From assembly GCA_030390025.1 (NCBI GenBank), contig CM059429.1, positions 145,080,001 through 145,144,000 of the forward strand: a stretch of DNA of 64,000 bases, in the 5' to 3' direction. Each line of letters opens with the position of its first letter. The stretch's first letter is position 1. A program made the position numbers and the translations under genes. Shown here one piece after another: positions 12,525 through 26,501 of the stretch. Source of the DNA: Squalus acanthias. Taxonomy: Eukaryota. The notes beneath the pieces are model-generated. The model was not told where the DNA came from. It saw nothing but the letters and a program-made list of their open reading frames with translations, and ran no database searches.

Positions 12525-13289
12525 GTAAGTGTTAAAGGTGTCTCGTTTGCTTTTTCTGTTGCTTTCTTAGAATGATCACTGTGACTGAAGCAATCATTTT
12601 GTATACAACTATGCATCATCAGTTTTGATAACCACTGTAAATCAATAAAAATACATTATATTGTAGTTATTAATTGCATTTTACAGGATAATGCCTCAGC
12701 TAAAATAGTTGACAGGAATGACATAAGCGAGTTAAACATTCATCTGATATTGTCAAAAGTAATTATCAGGCTTATATTTTGGCGATCTGTGACTTTTGCT
12801 GTTGGTGTTGCTATCTTACTATCAAATGAGTAACTGGTAGCTTAATTTTTGTATGAGTAACTTATAAGAGTTGCATTGCATTACAAAACATGAGCAAAAA
12901 ATTTTGTTTCATCTTGTAATGCACAAATTACACACAGAAAATGTAATTGAGCTACATGCGCTATGTTGTAGTAACAGCCAATGGACATTTTAAATTGAGT
13001 CCTTACAGTATCCTACAGTATTCATTCTGATTTTTGAATCACAAGTGCACCACAGTCCCCATAGATCATAAGCATTCCAAAATGCCACCTATTGGGTGCT
13101 TCTGGAATTATGGCTTCGGGGTTTAATTAACTGAAATTAATGATTTGGGGGTGGGGTGCTTGGGTGGTACAGATAAATTGTCTACTTTTTTAAAGTAGAA
13201 TACAAAAACACAACACTATTGCAAGTTGAATTACATCACCAGCATTCTTTTTTCCCCATTATATTTTGCCCTAAAATATTGGAGTATAT

Positions 13290-13765
13290 AGGGGTACGGT
13301 AGCATAGTGGTTGTTACTGGACTAGTAATCCAAAGGACTGGACTAATAATCCGGAGACATGAGTTCAAATCCCACCACGGCAGCTGGGGAATTTAAATTC
13401 AGTTACTTAAATAAATCTGGAATAAAAAGTTAGTATCCGCAATGGTGATCATGAAACTAACGGATTGTCGTAAAAACCCGTCTGGTTCACTGATGTCCTT
13501 TAGGGAAGGAAATCTACCGTCCTTACCCGGTCTGGCCTATATGTGACTCCAGACCCACAGCAATGTGTTTGACTCTTAACTGCCCTCTGAAATGGCATGG
13601 CAAGCCACTCCGTATCAAACCACTACAAGAAACTATAATGAGACCTTCACCACAAGGACGGCAGCGGTTCAAGAAGGTGGCTCACCACCACCTTCTTGAG
13701 GGCAATTCGGGATGGGCAATAACTGCTGGCCTTGCCAGCAATGCCCACATCCCATGAATGACACA
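13290..13765 (+). mobile_element. tRNA-derived SINE with a LINE-derived 3' tail
   Basis: A-box-like TAGCATAGTGG and B-box-like GAGTTCAAATCC. The tail gcagcggttcaagaaggtggctcacc...cacatccca matches the LINE 3' end at about 36450-36550. Confidence 0.8.
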
Positions 13766-13929
13766 AAAATAAATTCCAACTTTTTGTTGATTTTGGGTGT
13801 TGAAACTTTTAACAGCTCAAACAAAAATTATGTGGTGTCAATTCTCCAATGAATTCTCATTCTGTTTGGGTATGTACTCTCCTGAACATAGGGCAGAGGG
13901 GGAGATTAATGCTGCTTTGTTCTTTTCAG

Positions 13930-14110
13930 GCTTGGAGAAAGCATTGCTGCCAATAATGCATGTAAACAACAGAACATTGACCATGTAATGAAAAAAATTC
14001 CAGTCCAGCAGCATTCAACAAGCCTTGTAACATCAAAATGTTCAAGTACAGCCAGTGCTACCAGGTCCAATATTCATGAGTTGATTGATAAATTGCAATT
14101 AGGAATGGAG
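13930..14110 (+). CDS. CIP2A: CIP2A coding exon
   Basis: ttcag| and |gtttgt. Encodes LGESIAANNACKQQ...NIHELIDKLQLGME. Confidence 0.93.
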
Positions 14111-14644
14111 GTTTGTACTGCATGTTGATTGGGTTTACAGGTTATTTGTTTGTGATTATAAATTATAGTATGTATTTAATATTGTACTCCTATTTCTGGT
14201 TGACACTTTTTTAGGGGCTCTATGAATATTATTGAGCCACGATGTATCTCATTAATCTGTTCAACTGATAACTTAATTCAATAGTCTGATTGAGGAAAGT
14301 GGAGCAGTATAAAATGCTTTATAATGATTACTGAGTTTCATTTAAGAAGCTTGGCTGTCAGAGTTGTGTGGAAAAAGTGAGGGTTTATTTTAATTGTAAC
14401 AGTTTCCTGAAATTGTACATCTTGAAAGCTGGCCGAATAGCACAATTGTTGAGGTGCTTTTATCTGCCATGTGGTCATAAGTTTGTGTCCGAGGGACAGG
14501 TTTGTTGTCAGCTGTATTATGTAAGTAATGAATATCTGTAAAATGATGATTTTTTTACGTTTTCTGCTGTGAATCATAAATTAGATTTGTTTTTATTTAG
14601 CTGCTTAAAAATACATTTAACAACATGATTTTATCTTTTCACAG

Positions 14645-14719
14645 CTGAAGGAACAAGTCAAGGATGTGAGGCTTTCAGATGTGATGGATGTATATGAACA
14701 GAAGCTTTCATCTCTAGCA
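14645..14719 (+). CDS. CIP2A: CIP2A coding exon
   Basis: acag| and |gtaagt. Encodes LKEQVKDVRLSDVMDVYEQKLSSLA. Confidence 0.94.
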
Positions 14720-15184
14720 GTAAGTACTTCTTGCAAATGGTGGTAAAAATCTTTTTTAAAAAGTAAAACTGGTAAAACCAATATTCTAAATACCACAAAG
14801 TTATAGAAACAGAAATCATATGCTATTACATCAATGATGCTGTTTTTTAAATTCAGAAGCAATAAAGAAATCTTGGGCACATTTTAAGATTTCCTCTCGA
14901 TTGGTTTCAGTGTGGTTTCTTTTGCAGCTTAGTGTGAATACTGTGATGATGCGTCTTTACTTTTGCAGAATGTTCAGTGATTATGTTTTGTGACAACAGA
15001 AGTCCAGCATGGTGGTGGGATTTTTGAACAATTTTTGGTTAGTCTAATACAGCAGTTGCACAGTGGTAGTGGGTAACATGAGCTGCAATATTTTATTAAT
15101 CACTTCAAGTTTAAATTAAAGTTCTTAATGTGATGTAGCTTTTTAAAGTCAGCCTAATAATCTACCTCACTGCCCATATAGCCT

Positions 15185-18100
15185 AGAATCATAGAAGTTT
15201 ATGGCACAGAAGGAGACCAATCGGCCCATTGTGTCCGCGCCAGCCGAAAGAGAGCCATCCAGCCTAATCCCACTTTCCAGCTCTTGGTCCGTAGCCTTGT
15301 AGGTTACGACACTTCAAGTGCATATCCAAGTCCTTTTTAAATGTGATGAGGGTTTCTGTCTCTCCCACCCTTTCAGGCACTGAGGTCCAGACCCCCACCA
15401 CCCCAGAATCATAGAATGGTTACAGCACGGAAGAAGGCCTTTCAGCCCATCGAGCCCGTGCCGGCTCTCTAAGAGCACTTCAACTAGTCCCACTCCCCCG
15501 CCCTTTCCCTGTAGCCTTGCAAATTTCTTTCCTTATCCAACTTCCTTTTGAAAGCCTGATTGAATCTGTCTCCACCACCCTTTCAAGCAGTGCATTCCAG
15601 ATCTTAACCACTCACTGCATAAAAAAGTTTTTTTTTACGTCGCCTTTGTTTTTTTTGCCAATCACCTTAAATCTGTGTCCTCTGGTTCTCGGCCCTTCTG
15701 CCAATGGGAACAGTTTCCCTCTATCTACTCTGTCCAGACCCCTCATGACTTTGAACACCTCGATCATAAGAACATAAGAAATAGGAGCAGGAGTAGGCCA
15801 TTGGTTCCCTTTGAGCCTGCTCCGCCATTCAGTAAGATCATGGCTGATCTTCTACCTCATCTCCACTTTCCTGCACTATCTCCATATCCCTTGATTCCCT
15901 TAATATTCAAAAATCTATCGATCTCTGATCAAATCTCCTCTCAACCTTCTCTGCTCCAAGGAGAACAACCCCAGCTTCTCCAGTCTATCAACGTAACTGA
16001 AGTCCCTCATTCCTGGAATCATTCTCATAAATCTTTTCTGCACCCTCCCTAAGGCCTTCCCATCCTTCCTAAAGTGTGGTGCCCAGAATTGGACACAGTA
16101 CTCCAGTTGGGGCCCAACCAGCGTTTTATACAGGTTCATCATAATTTCCACACTTTTGTACTCTATGGGCTGGATTTTCATTGACCCTTGGAGGCGTGTG
16201 GGGGGTTAAAATTGCGAAAACTGGCGGGCGGGCACAAGTTCGCCTCCACGCAATTTTCATTAAATCGTGTCTGCTGGTCCCGACTCTGTCCCACCTCTTG
16301 GAGGCGGGATAGGCTGTTAAGGCCCTTAACAAGCACTAAATTGCCTCTATAATGCCATTTTGAAAGGCTTTTGTGATTTTAACCCTTTTTCTACGTGAAG
16401 CACGCCTGTTCTGAACCACGAATGTGAAACCTGGCGGGAGCACATTTGGAGTGGAGTGGGTTGGATGGATGGATATATGGATGGATGGATGGAGAGGAGA
16501 CATCTGGGAGTGGTGGTGTAAAAATATCTGGGAGCAGACTTAGGACTGCTGCTGCTCATTTTGCAGGTCCTCTCACAGCAAAGGCCAGGCAGTCTTTGCA
16601 GACCTTCAATGCAGCAGCAATGATGACATCATCAGAGGTGACTTTCAGACTGAAAACACTAATTGGTTCATGGGTTCCCACATGCTGGAACTCAATTGCC
16701 CAATTAGGTGAAAATTGCATCAATCTCCCACATCCAATTGCAGTCAGGTGGATAACACGAAAAGTGGATGACACGACCCCAACCCGCCCCAGTATCAAAA
16801 TCCAGCCCAAAACCTCTATTTATGAAGCCCAGGATCTTTTGGATTACCTTTTATGTTGGCTGCCATTCTATTCTCATACCATCTCTTTGTCCCTCTTATT
16901 TTCTTTTTCACTTCTCCTCTGACCTTTCTATATATAGCCTGATTCTCGGATGTATTTGCAACCTGACATCTGTCATACGCACTTTTTTTTCTGCTTCATA
17001 TTCTCTATCTCTTTCGGCATCCAGGGAGCCCTAACTATAGTTGCCCTGCCTTTCCCCCTAGTGGGAATGTACCTCAACTATTTCCTCTTTAAAGGCAGCC
17101 CATTGTTCCATTACAGTTTTGCCTGCCAATCTTTGATTCCAGTTTACCCGGGCCAGATCCGTTCTCATCCACTGAAATTGGCCTTCCCCCCCAGTTAAAC
17201 ATTTTTACTCTAGATTGCTCCCTGTCCTTTTCCATAGCTAATCTAAACATTATGATACTATGATCACTGTTCCCTAAATGTTCACCTACTGACACTTGCT
17301 CCACTTGACCTACCTCATTCCCCAGAACCAGATCCAGCAATGCCTCCTCCCTCATCGGGCTGGAAACATACTGATCAAGAAAGTTCTCCTGAACACGCTT
17401 CAGAAATTCTTCCCCTTCTCTGCCCTTAACACTATTACAATCCCAGTCTATATTAGGATAGTTGAAGTCCCCCATTATTACTACTCTATAGTTCTTGCAC
17501 CTCTCTAATTTCTCTGCAAATTTGCTCCTCCCTATCTTTCCCACTATTTGCTGGTCTATAGAATACACCTAGTAGTGTAATGGCGCCTCTATTATTTCTT
17601 AACTCTAGCCATATAGATTCTGTCCTTGACCCCTCCAGGACACCCTCTCTATCCAGCACTGTAACATTCTCCTTGACCAATACTGCCACACTACCTCCTG
17701 TTTTTCCTTCTCTATCTTTGCTGAACATTTTTTAACCAGGAATGTTTAATACCCAATCCTGCCTTTTTTTGAGCCAGATCTCAGTTATTGCCACAACAAC
17801 ATATTCCCATGTGGCTATTTGTGCCTGTGGCTCACTTACCTTGTTTACTACGCTTCGTGCGTTCACATACATACAATGTAAACCCATGTTAGACCATCCT
17901 GTATTCTTAGTTTGACCCCACCTATTACCTTACTATTTCTTACTTTAGTGCTCTTGGCCTCTCCCAATCATTGATTCAGGCCCTGTTGAGGTGCAACCCG
18001 TCTGGCCTGTACAGGTCCCACCTCCCCCAGAACCGGTCCCAATGCCCCAGGAATCTAAAGCCCTCCCTCCTGCACCATCTCTCCAACCATGCATTCATCT

Positions 18101-19220
18101 GCACTATCCTCCTATTTCTATACTCACTCGCGCGTAGCACTGGGAGTAATCCGGAGATTACTACCTTTTTGATGTCCTGCTTTTTAATCTATTTCCTAGC
18201 TCTAAAATCTGCCTGCAGGACCTCATCTCTCTTTCTACCTATGTTGTTGGTACTAATATGGACCAGGACCTCTAGCTGTTCACCCTCCCCCCTCAGAATG
18301 TACTGCATCCTTGACCCTGACACCAGGGAGGCAACATACCACCCTGGAGTCACGTCTGCGGCTGCAGAATCTCCTGTCTGCTCCCCTAACTATCGAATCC
18401 CCCACCACTATTGCTTTCCCACTCTTCTTTCTCCCCCCCGCCTCTCCCCCCCCCCCCCCCCCGTACAGCTGAGCCACCTGTGGTGCCACAGACTTGGCTC
18501 TGGCTATATTCTCCAGAGGAACCATCGCCGTCACTAGTACTCAGAACCGAATACTGGTTGGAGAGCGAGATGAACTCGGGGGACTCCTGCACTACCTGCC
18601 TGGTGGTCCTCTTCTGTCTGGTGGTCACCCATTCCCTTCTGCCTGCACATTCTTTATCTGCGGGGTGACCTTCTCCTGAAATGTGCTATCCACGAAGCTC
18701 TCTGCCTCATGGATGCACCGCAGTGACGCCAGCTGCTGCTCAAGCTCCAAAACCTGAAGCTCGAGCTCCTCCAGCTGACGACACTTCCTGCACATGATGT
18801 TGTTCAGGACACTGGAAGCATCCTGGAGTCCCCACATGGCACAGGATGTGCATTCCACGGGACTGAGCTGCCCTGCCATGCCTTTACTTAATGGACTATT
18901 AACTAGAAACACTTACCAGCTACTCACCAATCAGCACCTTCCCTGGTTGTGACGTCACATTAGTTGCTCTGCAGTTGTTGCTTTTGTTGTTGTTTTTGCT
19001 GGAGGTACTCCGCCTCCTCGCTACCGCCGCTACTCCAGTCTGCACTCTCTCTTTGGACCCTCCCGCGCGATTTATACTCCACCTCCTGCTGGCCTGTGAT
19101 GTCACTCCTTGTTTTTTTTTGGTTTTTTTAAGTCGCCACTCAGCTCCCTTTAAGCTGTCGCTGCTCCCACTCAGGTCCGCGCTGTGTTCTGGGCCTTCTC
19201 CTGTGCTCCCTTTAAGCCAC
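15185..19220 (-). mobile_element. CR1 LINE with ORF1 (Cys-rich zinc finger, leucine zipper, SGNH esterase), endonuclease and 3' end; most of RT deleted; nested insertions
   Basis: VECTSCAMW...CRKCRQLEELEL, VVGDSIVRG, GVFYRPANS, MGDFNYP, LEYCVQFWAP. Confidence 0.85.
16167..16808. mobile_element. Harbinger-type MITE inserted in a CR1
   Basis: Perfect 12-bp TIR GGGCTGGATTTT / AAAATCCAGCCC. CR1 sequence resumes on both sides. Contains (GGAT)n at about 16463-16492. Confidence 0.78.
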
Positions 19221-19229
19221 CGCTGGCTG

Positions 19230-20950
19230 AAAAAATTCTCCTCAACTCCCTTCTAATCCTTCTACCATTTACTTTAAATCTATGCCCCCTGATTATTGAC
19301 CTCTCTGCTAAGGGAAATAGGTCCTTCCTATCCACTCTATGTAGGCCCTTCATAATTTTATACACCTCAATTAAGTCTCCCCTCAGCCTCCTCTGTTCCA
19401 AGAAAAACAACCCCAGCCTATCCAATCTTTTCTCATAGCTAAAGTTCTCCAGTCCTGGCAACATCCTCGTAAATCTCCTCTGTACCCTCTCTAGTGCAAT
19501 CACATCTTTCCTGTAATGTGGTGACCAGAACTGTATGCATTACTCCTAGCTGTGGTCTAACTAGTGTTTTATACAGTTCAAGCATAACCTCCCTGCTGTT
19601 ACATTCTGTGCCTCGGCTAATAAAGGAAAGTATCCCTTATGTATTCTTAACCACCTTATCTACCTGTCCTGCTACCTTCAGGGATCTGTGGACATGCAGT
19701 CAAAGGTCCCTCAGTTCCTCTACACTTCTCAGCATCCTACCATTTATTGTGTATTCCCTTGCCTTGTTAGCCCTCCCCGAATGCATTACCTACCACTTCT
19801 CCAGATTGAATTCCGTTTGCCACTTTTCTGCCCACCTGACCAGTCCATTGATATCTTCCTGCAGTCTACAGCTATCTTCTTCACTATCAACCACACGGCC
19901 AATTTTTGTGTCATCTGCAGACTTCTTAATAATGCCCCCTACATTGAAGTCTAAATCATTGATGTATACCACAAAAAGCAAGGGACCTAGTACTGAGCCC
20001 TGTGGAACCCCACTGGAAACAGCCTTCAAGTCACAAAAACACCAGTCAACCATTACCCTTTGCTTCCTGCCACTGAGCCAATTTTGGAACCAATTTGCCA
20101 CTTTCTGTTGGATCCCATGGGCTTTTACTTTTCTGACCAGTCTGCCATGTGGGACCTTGTCAAAAGCCTTGCTAAAATCCCTGTAGACTGCATCAAATGC
20201 ACTACCCTCATCAACCCTCCTTGTTACCTTCTCAAAAAATTCAATCATGTTAGTCAGACACGACCTTCCCTTAACAAATCCACACTGTCTGTCCTTGATT
20301 AATCCATGCCTTTCTAAATGACGATTAATACTATCCCTCAGAATCTTTTCCAATAATTTGCCCACCACCGAAGTTAGGCTGACTGGCCTGTAATTACTCG
20401 GTCTATCCTTTTCTCCCTTTTAAAACAATGGTACAACATTAGCAGTCGTGTGGCAACACGCCTGTGGCCAGAGAGGATTGAAAAATGATGGTCAGAGCCT
20501 CCGCTATTTCCTCACTTGCTTCTCGTAACAGCCTGGGATACAATTCCATCCGGGCCTGACGATTTATCTACTTTCAAAGTAGCTAAACCCCTTAATATTT
20601 CCTCTCTCACTATGTTTATCTCGTCTAATATTTCACACTCCTCCTTAACAAAATGTCTGCATCGCCCCTCTTTTGTGAAGGCAAACGCAAAGTATTGATT
20701 AAGAACCATACCCACGTCTTTTGCCTCCACACACAGGTTGCCTTTTTGGTCTTTAATAGGCTCTACTCTTTCCTTAGTTATACTCTTCCTCTTTATGTAT
20801 TTATGAAACATCTTTGGGTTTTCCTTGACTTTACTTGCCAATATTTTTTCATGCTCTCTCTTTGCTTTCCTAATTTCCTTTTTAATTTCACCCCTGCACT
20901 TTCTATACTCTAGGCTTTCTGTAATATTTGAGTATTGCCTGTTGTAAGTC
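19230..20950 (-). mobile_element. CR1 LINE RT fragment
   Basis: DFSKAFDKVPH, SGVPQGSVLGPLLF, ADDTKIG, RGDLIEVYKIM. Confidence 0.9.
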
Positions 20951-20960
20951 TGATGATTTA

Positions 20961-22991
20961 GGGCTGGATTTTGTGGTGGGTCAGGGGGCGCGATCGGTGG
21001 CAGGTTGGGTGGGAAAGTGTTTTTTTTCCCCCAGCGGTTCGGGACCCCGCTGTGAACCCGCCGCCACGCCCCTTTACCAAATGTCGGGTCTGTCAGCGTT
21101 GAGCAGACCCAACACACAGCAGCAGGGGAGGCAATTAAAATCATTAGTGGCTTGTTTACAGCCACTTATCATTGGTTTTGTTCCCATCTTTTTGGATTTA
21201 ACAGGTCACCCACCAGTTTCCCGCTGTGCCTAGACCTCGTCTGTGAAGCTGAGGCAGGAGGTCAGTGGCCATTGAATCAGCTGATGAGTTGACAGCTTCA
21301 AATGTACAGTAAAAGCTCCCAGCTGATTTAGATATGTTCCCTTAACCCCTAGCTGCTCTAAACTGCATTTCCACTACAGATTCAAGATGCTGCAAGTCTT
21401 TACACAAGTCTCCATCCAGTCTGACCTCATTACCTCTCCCACCATTGACATCGCTTCTGTCATCTCTATTTCATCAGCATGGGTGCCCTTTATACTCTCT
21501 CACCTTGGTATTCAGAATCCCACCACGATCAGCCCCAACACCAGCATCACTCGGCACACCAGCAGCACCAACAACAACACCAACCTTCTCCGCAATCAAC
21601 TGATGCTGAACAGGGCATCAGCACCCGACCACATTGCTGCCCGGGAGACCAGGGATGGCCTCACCGTGGCCAGATTTACTTCACTTGATGCTGTACACCC
21701 TGGCTGTCACATGATGCGCCAGGTTGGCACCAACCAACACCATAAAGCATCCCTACAATGCCCAAGCCATTCCTTTCACACTCATCACCATTGTGGGGGG
21801 TATCATTATGTCTCACCATTCACTGCAACTCACTAAGCCACTTCCAAAGGTGCACACAAATCTGTTCAAGAATGCAAAGTGTTGAAAATAAAGGTTTCAA
21901 TGTTTCACACCACATTAACAGAAACTTTTCATAAACATTGTATAAAACACCCAAGTCATAGTCATAAAGTAATAACGGCACAGAAGGAGGCCATTCGGAC
22001 CATCGAGTCCGTACCAGCTTTCTGTAGAGCAATCCAATCAGTCCCATTCCCCCGCTCTATCCCTGTAGCCCTGCAAGTTTATTTCCCTCAAGTGCCTATC
22101 CAGTCTCCCCTTGAAAACATTGAGTGTCTCCGGTTCCACCACTTCCGTCGGCAGCGAGTTCCAGGTCCTCACCACTCGCTGTGTAAAAAAAAGTTTTTCC
22201 TCACATCCCCCCTGTATCTCCTGCTCAAAACCTTAAATCTGTGTCCCCTATTCTTTGTACACTCTAGTGCCTACCACTGTGTGTTGTTAGTTGATATAAT
22301 TGTACTAGGATGAGGGTGAGTGTGAGGGGTGGCTAGTGAGATGGGGATGTGATAATCTAGATAGAGAGGGATGGGTGGAGGTGTAAGGTAAGTTGATGTG
22401 AGTATGGATGTGCAGGAGTAGGGTAGGGAAGGCAGAGTGATGGGGATGTGATGAGAGGCACAGCAGGATGAAGTTGAGTGTGGCTTTGTACTAACATTTC
22501 ATGATCTACTGAGATCATTGAAATGTTTGTGGCACTGCACCTAGGTCCTCCTGACCACATCCCTGCTTATGCTCTCCTCTGCAATGTGTAACCAGGCTGT
22601 GTTGATCTCCTGGGGCGGTCTCTTCCGCCCATGGGAAGGGAAGAGGACCTTCCTGTGTGCTGTGACTCATGGGAGAGCCTGGGTGCAGCCCTGTACCTCT
22701 GTGCAGTGCTTGTCAGTGTTTGCAGCACCTCAATGCTGTAGAACACTGACTGCACAAATGTCAGAATAAATTTGGACATGGTCCCTTTTAAGGAAACCAG
22801 CTAATGATGCGTCCTCAAATGACGTCACCAGACCCACTTCCTCTACTTGGCCGGGAAACACGCTTGGCGGGCTTAACGAGCCCAATCAAGGGAAATTCAT
22901 TTCAGAGGCTGGGATGGAGCCAACAGCGGTGTCGGGACCCGCCACCGACATCGCCTGCCATGGAGCCGCCGAAGTTTGTAAAATTGCGGCC
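20961..22991. mobile_element. Internally deleted PIF/Harbinger transposon
   Basis: Ends GGGCTGGATTTT and AAAATTGCGGCC. Decayed Myb/SANT-like gene on - at about 22510-22710 (RAAPRLS, KVLFPSHGRKRP, AWLHIAEE, QCHKHFNDL). Transposase C-terminal-like AARETRDGLTVARF on +. Nested CR1 3' piece at about 21960-22260. Confidence 0.72.
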
Positions 22992-23147
22992 ATTGTGTTC
23001 TTTCACGAGTGTGTAAAACAAATTGCATGCAAGTTGTAATTAGCTTTTTAACTGTGTGGAAAAACTGTATGGAATAGTAATCTTTGCTCTTAGAGTCTTT
23101 CCTTTCTTGTAAACATGCTTTTTGTGTACCTCAATACATTTTTGAAC

Positions 23148-23365
23148 AACAACTTGCATTTATATAGCGCCTTTAACGTAGTGAAATGTCCTAATGCACT
23201 TCACAGGAGCATTATCAGACAAAATTTAATACTGAGCCACATGAGATATTGGGACAAGTGACCAAAAGCTTGGTCAAAGAGGTAGGTTTTAAGGAACGCC
23301 TTAAAGGAGGATAGAGAGGCAAAGAGATTTAGGGAAGGAATTCCAGAGCTTGATGCCTAGACAGA
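23148..23365 (-). mobile_element. L2 3' tail
   Basis: caacaacttgcatttatatagcgcctttaacgtag, the reverse complement of the L2 tail at 53300-53423. Confidence 0.75.
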
Positions 23366-24600
23366 ACTACTGTTGACTGTGATACTATTAGATTTTATAG
23401 TTACACTGATTTGGAGAAGTGAGGGAAAAGGGAATCTTGATTTTAAAACTGCTGCGTTTTCTAAAATGCAGCTAACAATTTAATTGTGATGTCGGTTAAC
23501 TGCAGAGTGGAGACCAGATGATGTACACAGCTACTACAGCATCAATTTTTAGGTTGCCATGACTTATTACTGTACTCTTGCCATTGTAGCATGGATGCAT
23601 TTTCTGGTGACATTTTTAAAAGTAGCTAATTAATGTAACAATTTATTCTTGATGAGAGTTTACTCTGCATATCTACTACTGTTCGTAATAAGCAGGGACA
23701 GTGGTGAGGATTGTACCTCGATTACATCACCCCCTCAACCATCGAGGGAATAGTTTCTACAAAACAGCTATGGGGTGCGTACCAAAATTTTCAATCGCAG
23801 CCAATTTCAAAAAAGATTGGGGGAAACCAAGAACGATTGTGCAGAAAAAGAAACGTTGGAAGGTTATAAATTTAGTAACTTAATTGGAAAGAAACTCCAT
23901 AATATTAAAAAGGTCTTGGGTAGAAAATAAGATACCAATGCAGACAGACTTGGGAAGGAGAGGGAGAGATGGAAGATGAGAAAATAATTGCCTTCTGTTA
24001 CTAAATCATCTAAATAGCATTAATGATTATTAAGGTGTTGGACTTAGACTGTTTTTAGTCCAACAACCAACTTGTATAAAGTTGCTAGATAGATAAAATT
24101 ATAAAGCCTCTTGCAGGAAAGGAGTTTTGTCTCACAAGCCTAAAATTGTGTTTTTTTTTACCTTCCTCTATTACATACACGTTTCAAATCTTTCTGTATT
24201 GTGAATTCAAAGACGTCAAATTTATCCATTCTTGCTTCTAAGGCTACATCCTCGTTAGTTGAAATCTAGTTTTTGATACGGTTGCTCTCTTTTTCTGTAA
24301 TTTATTTATTTTGCTTAGTCTGGTGTTTCTGCACATAAGAGGATGGGTGCATGGATGGGTGCCACTAATGTCTCCTGTGGCTGTCACGTTACCAGGAATT
24401 GTTGAGGTAGAGGTGGCTCTCCCCTCATTTATTCCTTCACATACCTCCCCCTGTGGCATGTGAACAGAGTGGGACTTTACCCATCCTTACTTCATGATGC
24501 TGAGAATTAGATTTCCACATTTTACAATACATACTTTAAAAAAAAAATGTGCTTCAATATTAACATTAATATAATTAAAGAATAACTTTTTTTTGTTTAG

Positions 24601-24711
24601 TCCAAAGAAAACCGTTTACAGGACTTATTGGAAGCCAAGGCACTGGCCCTAGCACAGGCTGATCGTTTGATTGCCCAGTACCGCTGTCAAAGAGCCCATG
24701 CAGAAGCAGAG
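24601..24711 (+). CDS. CIP2A: CIP2A coding exon
   Basis: tttag| and |gtatgt. Encodes [37 protein letters not shown]. Confidence 0.96.
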
Positions 24712-25366
24712 GTATGTTGACTATATCATGGGATAAATAACTTTACAAGATACAGTGTCCTCTTAATTCAGTCATTTAATTCAAATTATCTTTTGATTTG
24801 CTGTGTTATTTATATTGCATAATTCAAATAAGATAATTCAATTTCTTTCGGGAAAAATTGACTTTGAATTGTCAGGGATAGGCTAACTCCCTAGGCTGTA
24901 AGTTTCTAGCTGTATGGATTTGCAAAATGTGTAGAGCAAGGTACAGTTTGATGGTTTCACCATACTAATGTCTATTATGGGCAAGGTAAAAATGGCTGTT
25001 CTTATCAAATGTGAAGTGTCAAAAGTATGAAAATCTATTTTGCAGCTACAATTTTATTTATTCTATGGAAACGAGGGGCAAAAATAAATTATGGTTAAAC
25101 ATTTTTGTGAGTACTTTAGTGTGTGATTAAACAGAAAATTGTATCGTGTTTGTGAGAGAATTGCTTATGAGTTATCCATTCAGTTTAACTGGAAAGAATG
25201 TTAAAAACCACAGTAAATCAAAACATTTTCATTTTGCTGGTGTTGAAATTCTGATCAGGAGTCAGATCTCTAACATCAACAGTTGTTCACTGTTCTTCCT
25301 AGTTATTAATCTTACCTATTCAAACACTAGCATTTTAATCGGTATATTGGTCTGGAGTTTTGGTTG

Positions 25367-25414
25367 AACCAGTTTAAGCTGGAACCAGTTTAAGCTGGTA
25401 CCAGTTTTAATTGG
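25367..25414 (+). repeat. 16-bp tandem repeat, 3 copies
   Basis: aaccagtttaagctgg aaccagtttaagctgg taccagttttaattgg. Confidence 0.8.
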
Positions 25415-25738
25415 AAACGTTGGCAATATTAGGATGTGTAACTTCATCTGATAGACATACCAGAATGCCAAGGTTGGCTTTTTTTTAAAACTGAGAGTTT
25501 TACAGATGATTAAAATATCCCCTTCATTACCTGCATGCTGCTCCTCAGAGATATCATCTGCAAGCATGGAGTCAACTTTCACATATACACTGTTGATAGC
25601 AAACTCTACCTGTTCACCATCATCATAGACTCCAGAGCTGCTATTGTAGTAATGTTTGATTGCCTGTCTAACATCACTTGTCACTGTGACATCTGGTGGT
25701 TAATGGGGAACAGGTGTATTCCCTGACCATTGTTTTAT

Positions 25739-26501
25739 GGCCCGGATTTTGCGGTCAGCAGTGAAGGGACGGCACTCACCGCTGACCTCGAAGAAAGCTG
25801 CCCACAAAGATTTAGCGGGCTCTGTGGCGTCGATTTCCCCTATTCCGACATCAGTTTCAATCTGGCGCCATCTGTAGGGGATCTGTGGTATCCAGGGACA
25901 GTGAAGTCATCAAGCAGGCTAAGCAGCCAATCAGATTGAAGAATTCTCACAGACAGCAAACCAGGAAGTAAAAAGCACTGATTATCATTCACTTTTTAAT
26001 CATTTTACAGAGAACAAAATAAAGATTGGGACATACACGTGGGATTAAGGTAGAAGCTGAAATATAAACAATAAAAAAAAAGTCTTATTATTTTAAAAAT
26101 CTATGGAATTTTTATCATGAAATGGAAGGAATGACACTCCACACTTACAAAATTAAGTTTTTCAGGGCCAGAGAGGTTGTTCAACAGTAATTATGACTTG
26201 GTACACTGTTAAAAACTCAGTTACACCTCATTCAACAAGGCTTAACTTTTTTGATGGTTTTTACAGCGAGAATAGTGCATAAAAAGTTGAAGTTCACGTC
26301 AAATCACTGATTCTAAGTTGCTTGGATCTGTGAAGACTGCAACAGCGCTCCCTGTGGAGGAGTAGGGCATCACTGACGGCAACTTCGGATTTCCGCGTTT
26401 AACTGCACATGTGCCGACGCCAGAAGTTGCTGTCAGTTTTACACAGTAATGACGGCGAGCGCTGACGGTTTCTCTGTCATTACAACCACAAATTCCAGGC
26501 T
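25739..26501. mobile_element. Harbinger-type MITE, complete copy
   Basis: Imperfect TIRs GGCCCGGATTTTGCGGT / ACCACAAATTCCAGGCT; homologous to 11278-11733. Confidence 0.75.

Noticed and set aside
13290-13385. tRNA-like A and B boxes (also near 46300-46370)
   Set aside because: SINE heads followed by SINE bodies; no complete cloverleaf.
19494-20186. 230-aa + strand ORF and similar ORFs such as 51071-51589
   Set aside because: Antisense shadows of CR1 reverse-transcriptase sequence.
25367-25414. Short palindromic direct repeats, superficially CRISPR-like
   Set aside because: No spacers and a vertebrate intron context; a simple tandem repeat.
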